Positions 8,901 through 17,302 of a stretch of DNA of 64,000 nt are shown piece after piece (positions within the stretch are counted from its first letter, which is position 1; every line of letters starts with the position of its first letter). The notes under the pieces were generated by a model that saw nothing but the letters and a program-made list of their open reading frames with translations, was not told where the DNA came from and searched no databases. Source of the stretch: an uncultured Chloroflexia bacterium (GTDB lineage Bacteria; Chloroflexota; Dehalococcoidia; GIF9; AB-539-J10); the NCBI GenBank assembly GCA_963769975.1, contig CAVYNS010000003.1, positions 654,274-718,273 of the forward strand, given 5' to 3'. The position numbers and the translations under genes were made by a program.

Positions 8901-9426
8901 AATCCACAGCTGGTGGTCTGATCCCATCAAGGTCACAATTGCTCCCAGTGTGGGAGCTGCCGCGATCGACCTTGTCGCTCCTGCGCCCGGAGTCACCGGT
9001 GTGGGTACAATGAATGTGGGCTTCAGCTGGCACCTGACAGCTACTGCTGATACGTTCAAGTGGGTACTATCGCCCAACGCTGATCTTTCCAGTCCCCTCC
9101 AAACCAAGACCGGCGTGACCACCACAGCCTGCACTTATACCGGAACGCTGACCCACGGCATCACCTACTACTGGCAGGTCACTGCCTACAAGGCTGGTGT
9201 TGTCATGAGTACGAGCGCCATAGGCACCTTTACCACAGGAGCACAGGGTGCGTTCTGTGATCCAATTGATGGTCAGTGCTTCGACAGTCTGTCGGCACTG
9301 CAATCGCATGAAGCTACGTCGCATCCAGCTCCCGCAACCCCGTTCTGGGTGTGGGTGGTTATCGCCATCGGCGCGGTCCTGGTGATTGTGGTCATAGTCC
9401 TCATCTTCAGAACTCGTCGAGTGTGA
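5953..9426 (+). CDS. Large cell-surface protein with BNR/Asp-box repeats, a putative S-layer protein of Dehalococcoidia type. It has a signal peptide, a C-terminal FN3-like domain, a TM helix and an Arg tail.
   Basis: There is a strong RBS (AAAGGAGG) 8 nt before the ATG. Four Asp-boxes are present: 'STDSAATW', 'STDGGTTF', 'DGGNTW', 'SSDGGTTF'. The C-terminus reads '...TPFWVWVVIAIGAVLVIVVIVLIFRTRRV'. In Dehalococcoides the S-layer protein is a BNR/Asp-box protein (established knowledge). Confidence 0.8.
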   Translation: MIKERAWSVRVMYILIAAALAMGLFITAAPAHKVSANSNDVTTEWSKVSTPTMAGFVVAPESTIIDYALASNGEVTYAVVYAYNDTGFDTQAYRLLKSTDSAATWTDLNTALDKVDTTASITQLLRVETDGADANFVAIALVYNGTEVRLYFSTDGGTTFNNAGEVTDGTLTLAYGAPGYGLSDLAVSPEVAGKRDIVAGGIASDGTAALFRCTVTGDSASAWKDATAYPGWDDQGRPTAFTSFGVTFMEFSPNYATDKTILVTTVVFTSPFDIYLQAGSFVATPGWNAKSTLGIDAVLVMHNVNIIGTPATMFDPRIIAGLTLPSDYNSKSTDTRVLWVWVNYYDSDTGFAASRIVRVDNDSADPIVQQVKDGNVWLTNISYWGTTAEGEAIAGVLGSGTSVTTASGCVGVQVYRNTGIHNMDICCQRWLKACKPPTGETAMAVAFVSADKAYAIALQGVFNYDEGAWSVTFDGGNTWNQLSLIDTQIDYLSDVAVSPDCNKMMLVSVNVESGPGCDSVWLYAKNLPEAQEYSGHWLRTWCGELTGTWFETGNEAGFLRLPAGETAGDTVYLVDYGTGNVYQNDLETLACWTSVASTTLTDIVDMVATGGAGNVTIALYALDYNGDVSMYDSEGWHDAVDSKLTDNGWSIAVHGSDILVGGAYDGDVSYSSDGGTTFTHLKDGSGNDVMTPIAGHATVAFDTYFDTNNVIYAAIEGWGGGNSEGGVYRWVLGTSDKWEDTGAQHDLAYTGLVLSNINGNPHTSAATGGVLYASFVNEYCADAGTPNCDTLTCWQTGVARSLNPAETIQCATCVEWDYLTVGLDYPAGFQATPDALKICGCLTPDSNAKLYAIDSWAQDNKGFYDMVKHEDGAVWTFEDCYAKKAPNVITPTGNTTVPADPCSCYNSPFTVKWDGLCDACHYEIQFALDQDFSAVFDTISAPREGSKTPTSYLVAGGTQGEQLSCETTYYMRVRATQAGTCQVIHSWWSDPIKVTIAPSVGAAAIDLVAPAPGVTGVGTMNVGFSWHLTATADTFKWVLSPNADLSSPLQTKTGVTTTACTYTGTLTHGITYYWQVTAYKAGVVMSTSAIGTFTTGAQGAFCDPIDGQCFDSLSALQSHEATSHPAPATPFWVWVVIAIGAVLVIVVIVLIFRTRRV

Positions 9427-9452
9427 TAACACTCACCTGATCCCGAATTCCC

Positions 9453-9487
9453 AAAGGGGGCGACTTAGAGTCGCCCCCTTTCTTATT
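9453..9487 (+). terminator. Rho-independent terminator after the S-layer-like gene.
   Basis: Stem gggggcgac, loop ttaga, stem gtcgccccc, followed by tttcttatt. Confidence 0.75.
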
Positions 9488-9506
9488 CGCCCCATAGTGT
9501 CTCCAT

Positions 9507-9568
9507 GTAGTACGAGGCTTTAGCCTCGTGCCCTGGGGGCCACGCACGACCCTAAAGGGTCGCACTAC
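9507..9568. repeat. Two family-B hairpin copies in inverted orientation (9507-9531 and 9543-9568).
   Basis: 'gtagtacgaggctttagcctcgtgc' and 'cgcacgaccctaaagggtcgcactac'. The second is the reverse complement with stem positions swapped GG to CC. Confidence 0.6.
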
Positions 9569-9688
9569 AATATTGAAATCGCGGAATTTGGGATGCTGCC
9601 AATGAAGCATTTACTTTTTTGTAGCGTTTTCGTTTATAATAGCGGGACTATAAGGAGTTCACCGAATATTAGCAACTAGCTTAATAGG

Positions 9689-11254
9689 ATGAAATTACTA
9701 TCTCGACTGGTCATCGTTCTTGTCGTCTGTCTTGTCGCCATGGCTCTCCCAGCCACGCCCGCACAAGCCCAGTGCGGAGGACCTTCCATCAACCTCTCCC
9801 CTGGCGAAGGAGCCCCCGGAACAGAGGTCAGCGTCACTGGTCAGTACTTTGATAACGGCAAGTATGTGGACATCTATTATGACGAGACCCGCATAGCCAC
9901 AGGCAAGACCGATGGCAGTGGAGCTTTCACAATCCCCTTCACCATCCCTGAAAGCTTTAAGGGAGACCACAAATTGCTTGCTGTGGTAGGGACCTACATA
10001 GGGACTGTCAAAGTAGATACTTACTTTACCGTGAAGCCAGGGTTGACAATAAGTCTTGCCGAAGGTCCTGTGGGCACTAATGTTACCGTGACAGGACAGG
10101 GCTTTGCCCAGAATGAACAGGGCATCGAACTGCTGTATTATCTCAATGACAACTACCAAACGATACAAAGGCGTATTACAGCCAATGCCACGGGCAGTTG
10201 GGAGACAAGTTTTCAGATTCCCCCCTCCACCAAGGGAGAACATAATATAGATGCCCAGGGTGCTGAAAGCCAGTTTTATGAGGTCCAGAATGCCATTTTT
10301 AAAGTAACGTCAGAAACAAGCTTAGATAAACCATGGGGCAGCATGGGCGATACGATAACCATGACGGGCAGCAGATTTGTGGCTTATGAAAAGAACATCC
10401 AGATATTGTTCGATGGCCAGGCAGTGGTCACAGGTATCAAAGCCGATGCTCAAGGCAACTGGGAGGGAAGCTTTGAGGTGCCCGAGATGCCCGCAGGCAC
10501 ATATAGCGTGACCGCCGAGGGAGAATCAACTAGGAAAGAAGACTTCAGCGCGCTCAGCTTCCAGATAAAGCCGGACATCATGTTGCCCCCCGACCAAGGA
10601 TATGTGGGCATGAACTTGACCGTCGCTGGCCATGGATTTGCCGCCAACAAAGATGTGGTCATAATATACGATGGTAACCAGAAGGCAACAGGCACGACCA
10701 ATGCCACAGGCAGCTTTGTAGCAAGTTTTATCGTGCCTGAGAGCCAACACGGTGAGCGCCAGGTGACGGCCGAGGATACTGCGGGCAACAATGCCACCGC
10801 TTTTTTCATCATGGAATCACATCCTCCCGACATACCAACACTCATTTCACCATCCAACGGAGGCTGGGTGGGACTTATGGGCAAGGTGACACCGACATTT
10901 GAATGGTCGGCGGTATCCGATGACAGTGGAGTTCACTATAGCCTGCAGATAGCCACCAGTAACAATGTCACCGCCACCGGAGAATTCGCTCACCCCTTAG
11001 TTTCAGTTTCTAATATAGTCGGAACGAACTATACTCTGAATGCGACAGATGCCCTGCCTGATGGCACTTACTACTGGATTGTGCAAGCCGTGGATGGCGC
11101 TGGGAACGAAAGAGGTTGGACTGCAGCCCGTTCCTTCCGTGCAGGACTTTTGCCTATGTGGGCATCCATTCTTATCATAGTCGCAATAGTGGTACTCCTC
11201 GGCGTCCTGATTTACTTCTCCGTAGTAAGGAGAAGAAGATATTACCACGATTAG
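9689..11254 (+). CDS. Secreted cell-surface protein, paralog A: signal peptide, tandem Ig-like domains, a C-terminal FN3-like domain, a 'LPMW' motif, a TM helix and an 'RRRRYYHD' tail.
   Basis: The signal peptide is 'MKLLSRLVIVLVVCLVAMALPATPAQA'. The repeated 'GPVGTNVTVTGQGFA' type domains are present. The C-terminal module is shared with the next gene and with the BNR protein. Confidence 0.75.
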   Translation: MKLLSRLVIVLVVCLVAMALPATPAQAQCGGPSINLSPGEGAPGTEVSVTGQYFDNGKYVDIYYDETRIATGKTDGSGAFTIPFTIPESFKGDHKLLAVVGTYIGTVKVDTYFTVKPGLTISLAEGPVGTNVTVTGQGFAQNEQGIELLYYLNDNYQTIQRRITANATGSWETSFQIPPSTKGEHNIDAQGAESQFYEVQNAIFKVTSETSLDKPWGSMGDTITMTGSRFVAYEKNIQILFDGQAVVTGIKADAQGNWEGSFEVPEMPAGTYSVTAEGESTRKEDFSALSFQIKPDIMLPPDQGYVGMNLTVAGHGFAANKDVVIIYDGNQKATGTTNATGSFVASFIVPESQHGERQVTAEDTAGNNATAFFIMESHPPDIPTLISPSNGGWVGLMGKVTPTFEWSAVSDDSGVHYSLQIATSNNVTATGEFAHPLVSVSNIVGTNYTLNATDALPDGTYYWIVQAVDGAGNERGWTAARSFRAGLLPMWASILIIVAIVVLLGVLIYFSVVRRRRYYHD

Positions 11255-11480
11255 AAAGCGCCATTGTCAGTCTCGATCTGAACAAACTCAAATGTCAAAA
11301 ACCAAATGCCCATTGAAATCCAAATACTCAAATGTCAAAACCACTTCGTTTTGTTATTTGGGGTTTGGGCTTGATTTGACATTTGAGCTTTGTCATTTGT
11401 CATTGTTTAGAGCTTAGCCAATAAGACTCTTACTTTTTCTAACTATTTTCGTTTATAATAACAAAATGGAGGTGAGTCAA

Positions 11481-13046
11481 ATGCGCTGGCTATCTCGACT
11501 GCTGATTGTTCTCATCGTCTGCCTTGCAGCTATGTCTGTGCCGGCTGCGCCGGTACAAGCCGCTGGCCCAGTCATCACGCTTTCCCCCAGCACAGGAGTC
11601 CCCGGTGAGGAGGTTACCGTCTATGGCTATAACTTTACGGCTGATAAGTGGGTTGATATTTACTATGACGGGACCTGGATGATCGACGTTCGCACCAGCA
11701 CGGACAGCTTCAATGTCACCTTCACCGTTCCCGAAAGTTGCAAAGGCGCACACGAAGTGCGTGCTGATATAGACACTACCCCTCAAGCTACGGGAGACTT
11801 TACCGTCAAGCCGGCGTTGACAGTAAGTCCTGTCGAAGGTCCTGTGGGCACTAATGTCACCGTGAAAGGCCATGGCTTCGCCCAGAATGAAACAGGCATC
11901 AAGCTTAGCTATTACCTCAATAGCACGGACTCTAAACAGATGCCGGGGAATACCACAGCGAATGCCACGGGCAATTGGCAATTGAGTTTCCAAATTCCTG
12001 TTTCCTCTATGGGAGGCCATAAGATAGACGCCCAGGGTGCCAGTAGCAGCTTTGCCCAGGTTAGGGATGTCTTCTTCGAAGTCACGCCGGGGATAAGCAG
12101 CAATGAATCATCGGGTACCGTAGGCGACAACATAACGATAACGGGCAACGGATTTTATGCTAACGACAGATACATCAGGATATTGTTTGCGGGCAAGGAA
12201 GTGAACGCGGAAACCAGGGTTGACGCTGACGCCGTAGGCAACTGGACGAAAGTATTCGAGGTGCCCGACATGTCCAAAGGCACATATAACGTGACTGCCT
12301 ACGGAGAGTCGACTCCAAAAGCAGACATCACTGCGCTCAGCTTCGAGATAAAGCCTGGCATCGTGCTGTCCCCCAACGCAGGACACGTGGGCACGGACCT
12401 GTCCATCACTGGCGGCGGGTTTGCCGCCAATAAGGATGTGGTCATAAGGTACGATGGTAACCAGAAAGCGACTGCCCCGACCGACGACAAAGGCAGCTTT
12501 GAGGCAAGTTTCGTCGTGCCCGAGAGCCACTCAGGTAACCGCACAGTAACAGCCGAGGATGCTGCCGGAAACAATGCCACCGCCATCTTCACCATGGAAT
12601 CAGTCCCTCCACCTATGCCAGAACTGAAATCTCCAGCCGATGGAAGCCGGGTGGGGTTCATAGGCAAGGTGAGGCCAACTTTTAACTGGTCGGCGGTATC
12701 CGATGAGAGTGGAGTTTACTATAACCTGCAGATAGCCACCAGTAAAAATGTCACCGCCAGCGGAGAATTTGTCCACCCCTTAGTTTCAGTTTCAAATATA
12801 GCCGCGACGAACTATACCCTGAATGCGACAGATGCCCTGCCTTATGGTACTTACTACTGGATCGTGCGAGCCGTAGATAGAGCCGAGAACGCGGGCAACT
12901 GGACGGCGGCCCGTTCCTTTGGAGCTGGAGTTCTGCCCCTATGGGCATTCATCGTCATCATCATTGCAATAGTGGCGGGCATCGGCACCGCAGTTTACTT
13001 TTTCGTAATCAGGAAAAGAACGTATTACTTACTAAGGGTGCGCTAA
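11481..13046 (+). CDS. Secreted cell-surface protein, paralog B, with the same architecture as paralog A. The start is chosen at the second ATG (MRWLSRLLIV...).
   Basis: 'atggaggtgag' upstream forms a GGAGGTGA Shine-Dalgarno for the ATG at 11481. The track start 11466 would add MEVSQ. The C-terminal about 140 aa are about 70% identical to paralog A, and about 88% at nucleotide level over about 110 nt. Confidence 0.75.
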   Translation: MRWLSRLLIVLIVCLAAMSVPAAPVQAAGPVITLSPSTGVPGEEVTVYGYNFTADKWVDIYYDGTWMIDVRTSTDSFNVTFTVPESCKGAHEVRADIDTTPQATGDFTVKPALTVSPVEGPVGTNVTVKGHGFAQNETGIKLSYYLNSTDSKQMPGNTTANATGNWQLSFQIPVSSMGGHKIDAQGASSSFAQVRDVFFEVTPGISSNESSGTVGDNITITGNGFYANDRYIRILFAGKEVNAETRVDADAVGNWTKVFEVPDMSKGTYNVTAYGESTPKADITALSFEIKPGIVLSPNAGHVGTDLSITGGGFAANKDVVIRYDGNQKATAPTDDKGSFEASFVVPESHSGNRTVTAEDAAGNNATAIFTMESVPPPMPELKSPADGSRVGFIGKVRPTFNWSAVSDESGVYYNLQIATSKNVTASGEFVHPLVSVSNIAATNYTLNATDALPYGTYYWIVRAVDRAENAGNWTAARSFGAGVLPLWAFIVIIIAIVAGIGTAVYFFVIRKRTYYLLRVR

Positions 13047-13069
13047 TGTGAGGCACAGTTCCTCTCCTG

Positions 13070-13218
13070 TCATTGCGAGGCTGACGAAGTCAACCGAAGC
13101 AATCCCCTCCCTTTTGTCATTGCGAGGAGCCCGATTCGTCGGGGCGACGAAGCAATCTCGGCGCGGGGCCATTGACGAGAAAGATTGCCACGCTCCGCAT
13201 TCGCTCCGCTCGCAATGA
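13070..13218. repeat. Composite family-A palindromic element, GTCATTGCGAG variant: two left halves (13070, 13114), one right half (ctcgcaatgac at 13208-13218) and internal nested inverted repeats (gacgaagcaatc).
   Basis: Read directly. It lies between paralog B and the terminase-like gene. Confidence 0.7.
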
Positions 13219-13229
13219 CAAGAAGTGAA

Positions 13230-14603
13230 CTAGCTTTCCCGGAGCCAGCCCTTTGCTTCCCTGGGACTAAGATCTTTAGCGGCCTTGACCACCAGAGCCA
13301 GGCTCATGAGAAAATCATCATGTCCCTCCTGAGGGTCAACATAAAAGTTAATCGTTTGGTTCGGGCGATATCTCACCCGGGCTCTTTCCAGCTCAAATAG
13401 GGTCTCCTTATACTCCCGGGAGCCATCCTGCTTGTAGAGCTTAAGTCTCCCGGAATTGACAAAGGACAATAGCTCAAAGGCCATGTCGGATTTGCTCCTG
13501 GAGGTAATGACGAATGGGATGACCCGGCTACCCAGTTCCTTCCGCAGAAAGCTAGCTACGGGCTGACCAATGCCGGTGGCATCCACCACTATCCTGTGAC
13601 AGTTCCAGACATTTTTAAGGATATCCGTCATCTGGGTATAAAGCTGGCTATGGGGCGTTCCCGTCCACTGGTATTGTTCCACAACTTTCAACACTGACTG
13701 TGATGGATTAGTGGCATCCACCTCGGCAATGGTGATTACCGTGGAATCACATCCTCTTCCTCTATTGTTGTCAGGAGCAGCTTCCCCAGTAATTTCCAGC
13801 TCATGTTCCCCGGCCAAATCTATGCCAGCAATATAAGTCCTCTGTCCCTCAGGCTGTGATTGCCTCGAGTGTTCTCCCAGCGCCAGAGCTATCTGCTGCC
13901 GTGATAAGAAGCCCCCACCATGGGCAATAGGTAATAGAGCATATTGAGTTCTGAACAAGGGATGCGCTTCGCCCAATCTTTGCCGCTCTGCCTGGACAAA
14001 CTTGGTATAGTCAGGATTGTACCGGCCGACCTCCTGCCAATCATATCTAAAGTGGCGCTTAATGCCATCCTTTATTTCCAGTTCCAGATTAGCCTGCTTG
14101 ACTTCTTCCAGCAAGGTGCTATCATCCCAGGTAGTGCCATAAAGAATCGTGGTCACGTTGCCCGCGGAACCCATGGGGCGGAATTCTTTTGTGTACTTCT
14201 CCTTGCTAATATCTTGTGATTCATCAATCTCCAAGAGTATGTCAGCGGTATGTCCCACCACTGAAGACGAGCCCTCAGCCGACATAAAGATGGCTTTAGC
14301 ATTGCCGAGCTGAATAATATAGCCCATCTGGGGACGATAGATGCCATCAAAACCAAAATCATCCAGCCTCTGCTTCAACCTTTCCATAGAGATAATGGTT
14401 TGAGGCTTAAAGGTCGGGGAGCATTTTATAATATTGCCTCCGCTGGCTATATATAGCGTCAACAGCAGAATTTCCAGATGCGCGGAAAGTTCGTTTTTAC
14501 CGCCCTGTCTGGCAATCTCCACAGAAAATGTCAGTCCCATTCCCTTCTGGATAGAGTCCATAGCCGCCCGTGCCACTTCCAGTTGATAAGGTCTTAGCTT
14601 CAT
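13230..14603 (-). CDS. Phage-type terminase large subunit-like protein (ATPase plus RNase H-like nuclease).
   Basis: Deviant Walker A 'ARQGGKN', Walker B 'ILLEIDESQ', and nuclease acidic motifs 'YIAGIDLAGE', 'IVVDATGIG', 'HDDFLMSLAL'. No portal or capsid genes are nearby. Confidence 0.6.
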   Translation of the reverse strand: MKLRPYQLEVARAAMDSIQKGMGLTFSVEIARQGGKNELSAHLEILLLTLYIASGGNIIKCSPTFKPQTIISMERLKQRLDDFGFDGIYRPQMGYIIQLGNAKAIFMSAEGSSSVVGHTADILLEIDESQDISKEKYTKEFRPMGSAGNVTTILYGTTWDDSTLLEEVKQANLELEIKDGIKRHFRYDWQEVGRYNPDYTKFVQAERQRLGEAHPLFRTQYALLPIAHGGGFLSRQQIALALGEHSRQSQPEGQRTYIAGIDLAGEHELEITGEAAPDNNRGRGCDSTVITIAEVDATNPSQSVLKVVEQYQWTGTPHSQLYTQMTDILKNVWNCHRIVVDATGIGQPVASFLRKELGSRVIPFVITSRSKSDMAFELLSFVNSGRLKLYKQDGSREYKETLFELERARVRYRPNQTINFYVDPQEGHDDFLMSLALVVKAAKDLSPREAKGWLRES

Positions 14604-14604
14604 A

Positions 14605-14765
14605 AAAATAAAATCCTAATATCTAAGCACCAAATCCTAAACAAATTCAAAATGCCAAATTCAAATACCAAAACATTTTGGAATTTTGGTCATTAGATGA
14701 GAGGAATTAAATTCTTCTTTTCTATTGTTTAGGGCTTAGAATTTAGTGCTTAGGATTTTTCCTCC
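14605..14765. repeat. AT-rich TTAGGATTT-motif array with inverted arms ('aaaatcctaa...gcaccaaatcctaaacaa' and 'ttgtttagggcttagaatttagtgcttaggatttt').
   Basis: Read directly. It lies between the small basic ORF and the terminase-like gene. Confidence 0.5.
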
Positions 14766-15086
14766 CACCTCAACCCCCAGAGGCACAGCGACTTCGGTCA
14801 AGACTTTCTGGATGGCTTCCTTGAGAGATTTCTTCTGTTCTTTGGTAATTTGATATCTGGTTCTTACCAGCCGGGCTATGATATTAGCGGCCTCGAAGTG
14901 CAGGTCAATTCGTTCCGGCTGCTCTTCCAGAAGTTCCCTGAGTTTTACTCTGAGAAGAGCAATCTCCTCATCAATTCCTTCGACATGAGAAGCTTCCTCC
15001 AGCTCGAGCTTTTCCGCCTCGTCCAGAGCCCGGCTATAGAAACCACGCAGGTTACTCTTTTTCTGGCCTTTTCCTTTTACCGCCAT
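14736..15086 (-). CDS. Small basic, coiled-coil hypothetical protein of 116 aa. A terminase small subunit is possible but speculative.
   Basis: It lies directly upstream of the terminase-like gene on the same strand. The N-terminus is Lys-rich ('MAVKGKGQKKSN'). There is no clear RBS. Confidence 0.4.
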   Translation of the reverse strand: MAVKGKGQKKSNLRGFYSRALDEAEKLELEEASHVEGIDEEIALLRVKLRELLEEQPERIDLHFEAANIIARLVRTRYQITKEQKKSLKEAIQKVLTEVAVPLGVEVGGKILSTKF

Positions 15087-15589
15087 AACACTTTTTAGGA
15101 TTTTTTACCGAGGCTTTGACCAAGCCATAGACGAGGACATGGGCTGCCAGATTGTAATCCTGCTTCTGAAGAGCCGCCGGCAATAGTTTCAAACTCAATC
15201 TACTTTCCTTATTGAACTCTTACTACCCATTTAGCGAAGCTAAATTATGGCACAGGTGTTCTAAAGAGGCAAAGGGGTTTTGTCACTTCACAAGGCAATC
15301 TTCAGAGGCGATGCTATTATCCAGCCGAGAGCAGCACAGACTGGGAAGGATATTATCCAAGTCATAATAATGTAGTCGTCATAAACGAGGTTAGAGAACT
15401 CTTTAACTTTCCGCTAAAAAGTGTAATTGGAGGTCGCACCATAGCCCAGAAACGTGAAGATAGGGCTTCAGTCAAAACTCACTAGGGCAAAGTAGGCAAA
15501 CAATGGCCCAGAGCTGTAGAAGGTCACAATCAAGATTCCTTAAACAGACATTCAGTAACCATAGTGGGGCACGTCCAATTTACAGTAAA

Positions 15590-16585
15590 TCAAGACACCC
15601 ACCGGAACAGGAGAGCAAATACAGCCGAAATTGCTGCACATATGGGGAAGGTGAGGAGCCAAGCAGCGATGATTTGCCTACCCACCCCCCAACGCACAGC
15701 TGATAAATGGCGGCTAGCTCCAACTCCCATAATCGCTGTGTTAATAGTGTGAGTAGTGCTGAGGGGTATTCCCAGAAACGACGCTATCTGTATCGCTGAA
15801 GCCGCAGCAGTCTCTGCTGCAAACCCTTGTACTGGCTCCAACTTGGTCAAACCAAAACCCATTGTCTTCATTACTCGCCAGCCACCAACAGCTGTGCCCG
15901 TGGCCATAACTGCACCGCAGAGTAATATCACCCATAGGGGAACGTGGAATTGAGGCAGTACACCCCCTATCACTAGTGTAAGGGTGAACACGCCCATAAA
16001 CTTCTGGCCATCGTTACTCCCATGGCTGAAAGCCATAAAGGCGGCCGATAGTATTTGTGCCCTACCAAAAACGGCACGCACGATACTAGTCCTTGTATGG
16101 CGCAGGGCCCAGTACAGACCAACCATAATAGCCAGGCCTAGAAAGAAACCCAGCAGTGTCGAGAAACCAAGCCCAATTATCACCTTCTGCCAGCCTCGCC
16201 ACAGCAGCGCCTGAGGACCTGCTGTGATTACCGCCGCACCAGCCAATCCGGCAACTAAACCGTGGGAAATACTGATGGGTAACCCCTTAAGTGTAGCCAC
16301 AGCACCCCAGATTGCAATGCCGAGTACACCAGCAGCCACAACGGGTAATCCGATGGCTTCAGGTTTGACGATGCCAGTACCTATGGTATTGGCAACCGCT
16401 GTTCCTGTCGCGACCGCTCCTAGGATATTCAGAAAAGAGGCCATCACCAGAGCCTGGAATGGAGACAGGACTCTAGTGGAAATAACGGTAGCTATAGCAT
16501 TGGGAGCATCATTCCAGCCATTGACAAATTCAGCCACGAGCACGAGGAACAGGACTAGAATCAGGGGGAGATTCAGTTCAGGCAT
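15590..16585 (-). CDS. pit: Inorganic phosphate transporter, PiT family.
   Basis: Polytopic membrane protein with the duplicated 'GxNDxxNxI' PiT signature ('GWNDAPNAIA', 'HGSNDGQKFMG'). Confidence 0.85.
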   Translation of the reverse strand: MPELNLPLILVLFLVLVAEFVNGWNDAPNAIATVISTRVLSPFQALVMASFLNILGAVATGTAVANTIGTGIVKPEAIGLPVVAAGVLGIAIWGAVATLKGLPISISHGLVAGLAGAAVITAGPQALLWRGWQKVIIGLGFSTLLGFFLGLAIMVGLYWALRHTRTSIVRAVFGRAQILSAAFMAFSHGSNDGQKFMGVFTLTLVIGGVLPQFHVPLWVILLCGAVMATGTAVGGWRVMKTMGFGLTKLEPVQGFAAETAAASAIQIASFLGIPLSTTHTINTAIMGVGASRHLSAVRWGVGRQIIAAWLLTFPICAAISAVFALLFRWVS

Positions 16586-17210
16586 ACTTGAGGACTACTC
16601 CTTCAAGGACATTAGCGACGTCTTCACCTCGGTCAGTAGCATCTTCCAGATGTTGATACAGTTCGCGCCATTTGATTACCTCACATGTGTCACTGGGACA
16701 GGCTTCAAACAGTTCAGCCAGAGCAGCGTGTTGCACATCATCAGCCTCGTTTTCCAGAGTATTGATTTCCACACATTGCTCCAGAATCCATTTGAACTTG
16801 TCACGATGACGTAACTGAGGCATTACCTCGTTTAGCTTACAGGTTACCTTAGCCACAATTGACGCCAGCTCTCGAGCTCTTTCTGTGGGTTTAGCAATGC
16901 GATAAAGATTGGCTGTCCTGCCTGCAGCCTCGATGAAATCCATTATATCGTCCAAGCTGTGGGCGAGGAGAGTAATATCCTCTCTGTCAATAGGTGTCAC
17001 AAAGGTGCGGTGCACCCGGGCTATTATCTCGTGTGTTATAACGTCGCCTTTATGTTCTAATTCCTTAAGCTCTTTGGCCTTTTCTGCCACGTTTTCGTAG
17101 TTGTTAAAGAAGTCAACCAGCTTTTCTCCAGCAATGACTAGATTAGCAGTGTCTTGTTCGAACAGGTCGTAAAACCCCATATTTCTAGGGATGAATGAAA
17201 ACTTAGCCAA
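16578..17210 (-). CDS. DUF47 family protein, the PhoU-like partner of PiT.
   Basis: It overlaps the pit start by 8 nt. It is a helical protein, and a pit-DUF47 operon is typical. Confidence 0.8.
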   Translation of the reverse strand: MAKFSFIPRNMGFYDLFEQDTANLVIAGEKLVDFFNNYENVAEKAKELKELEHKGDVITHEIIARVHRTFVTPIDREDITLLAHSLDDIMDFIEAAGRTANLYRIAKPTERARELASIVAKVTCKLNEVMPQLRHRDKFKWILEQCVEINTLENEADDVQHAALAELFEACPSDTCEVIKWRELYQHLEDATDRGEDVANVLEGVVLKYA

Positions 17211-17302
17211 AGTGCACCTCCATCAATACATACCTTCTATCTCCAGGGGCTCCTCAGGTTCGTCTGGCATTATAGCATGCCGTAAGGAACTTCCACTATG
17301 AT

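Noticed and set aside
6469-9432. Multiple 65-130-aa ORFs antisense to or overlapping the 1157-aa BNR gene (6469-6858, 7750-8040, 8353-8559, 8770-9134, 9067-9432).
   Set aside because: They lie inside a long, motif-rich, RBS-preceded gene and result from its GC-rich codon usage.
16224-16814. 196-aa plus-strand ORF and other ORFs antisense to pit/DUF47 (15756-16214).
   Set aside because: They are antisense to well-supported membrane transporter genes and result from compositional bias.
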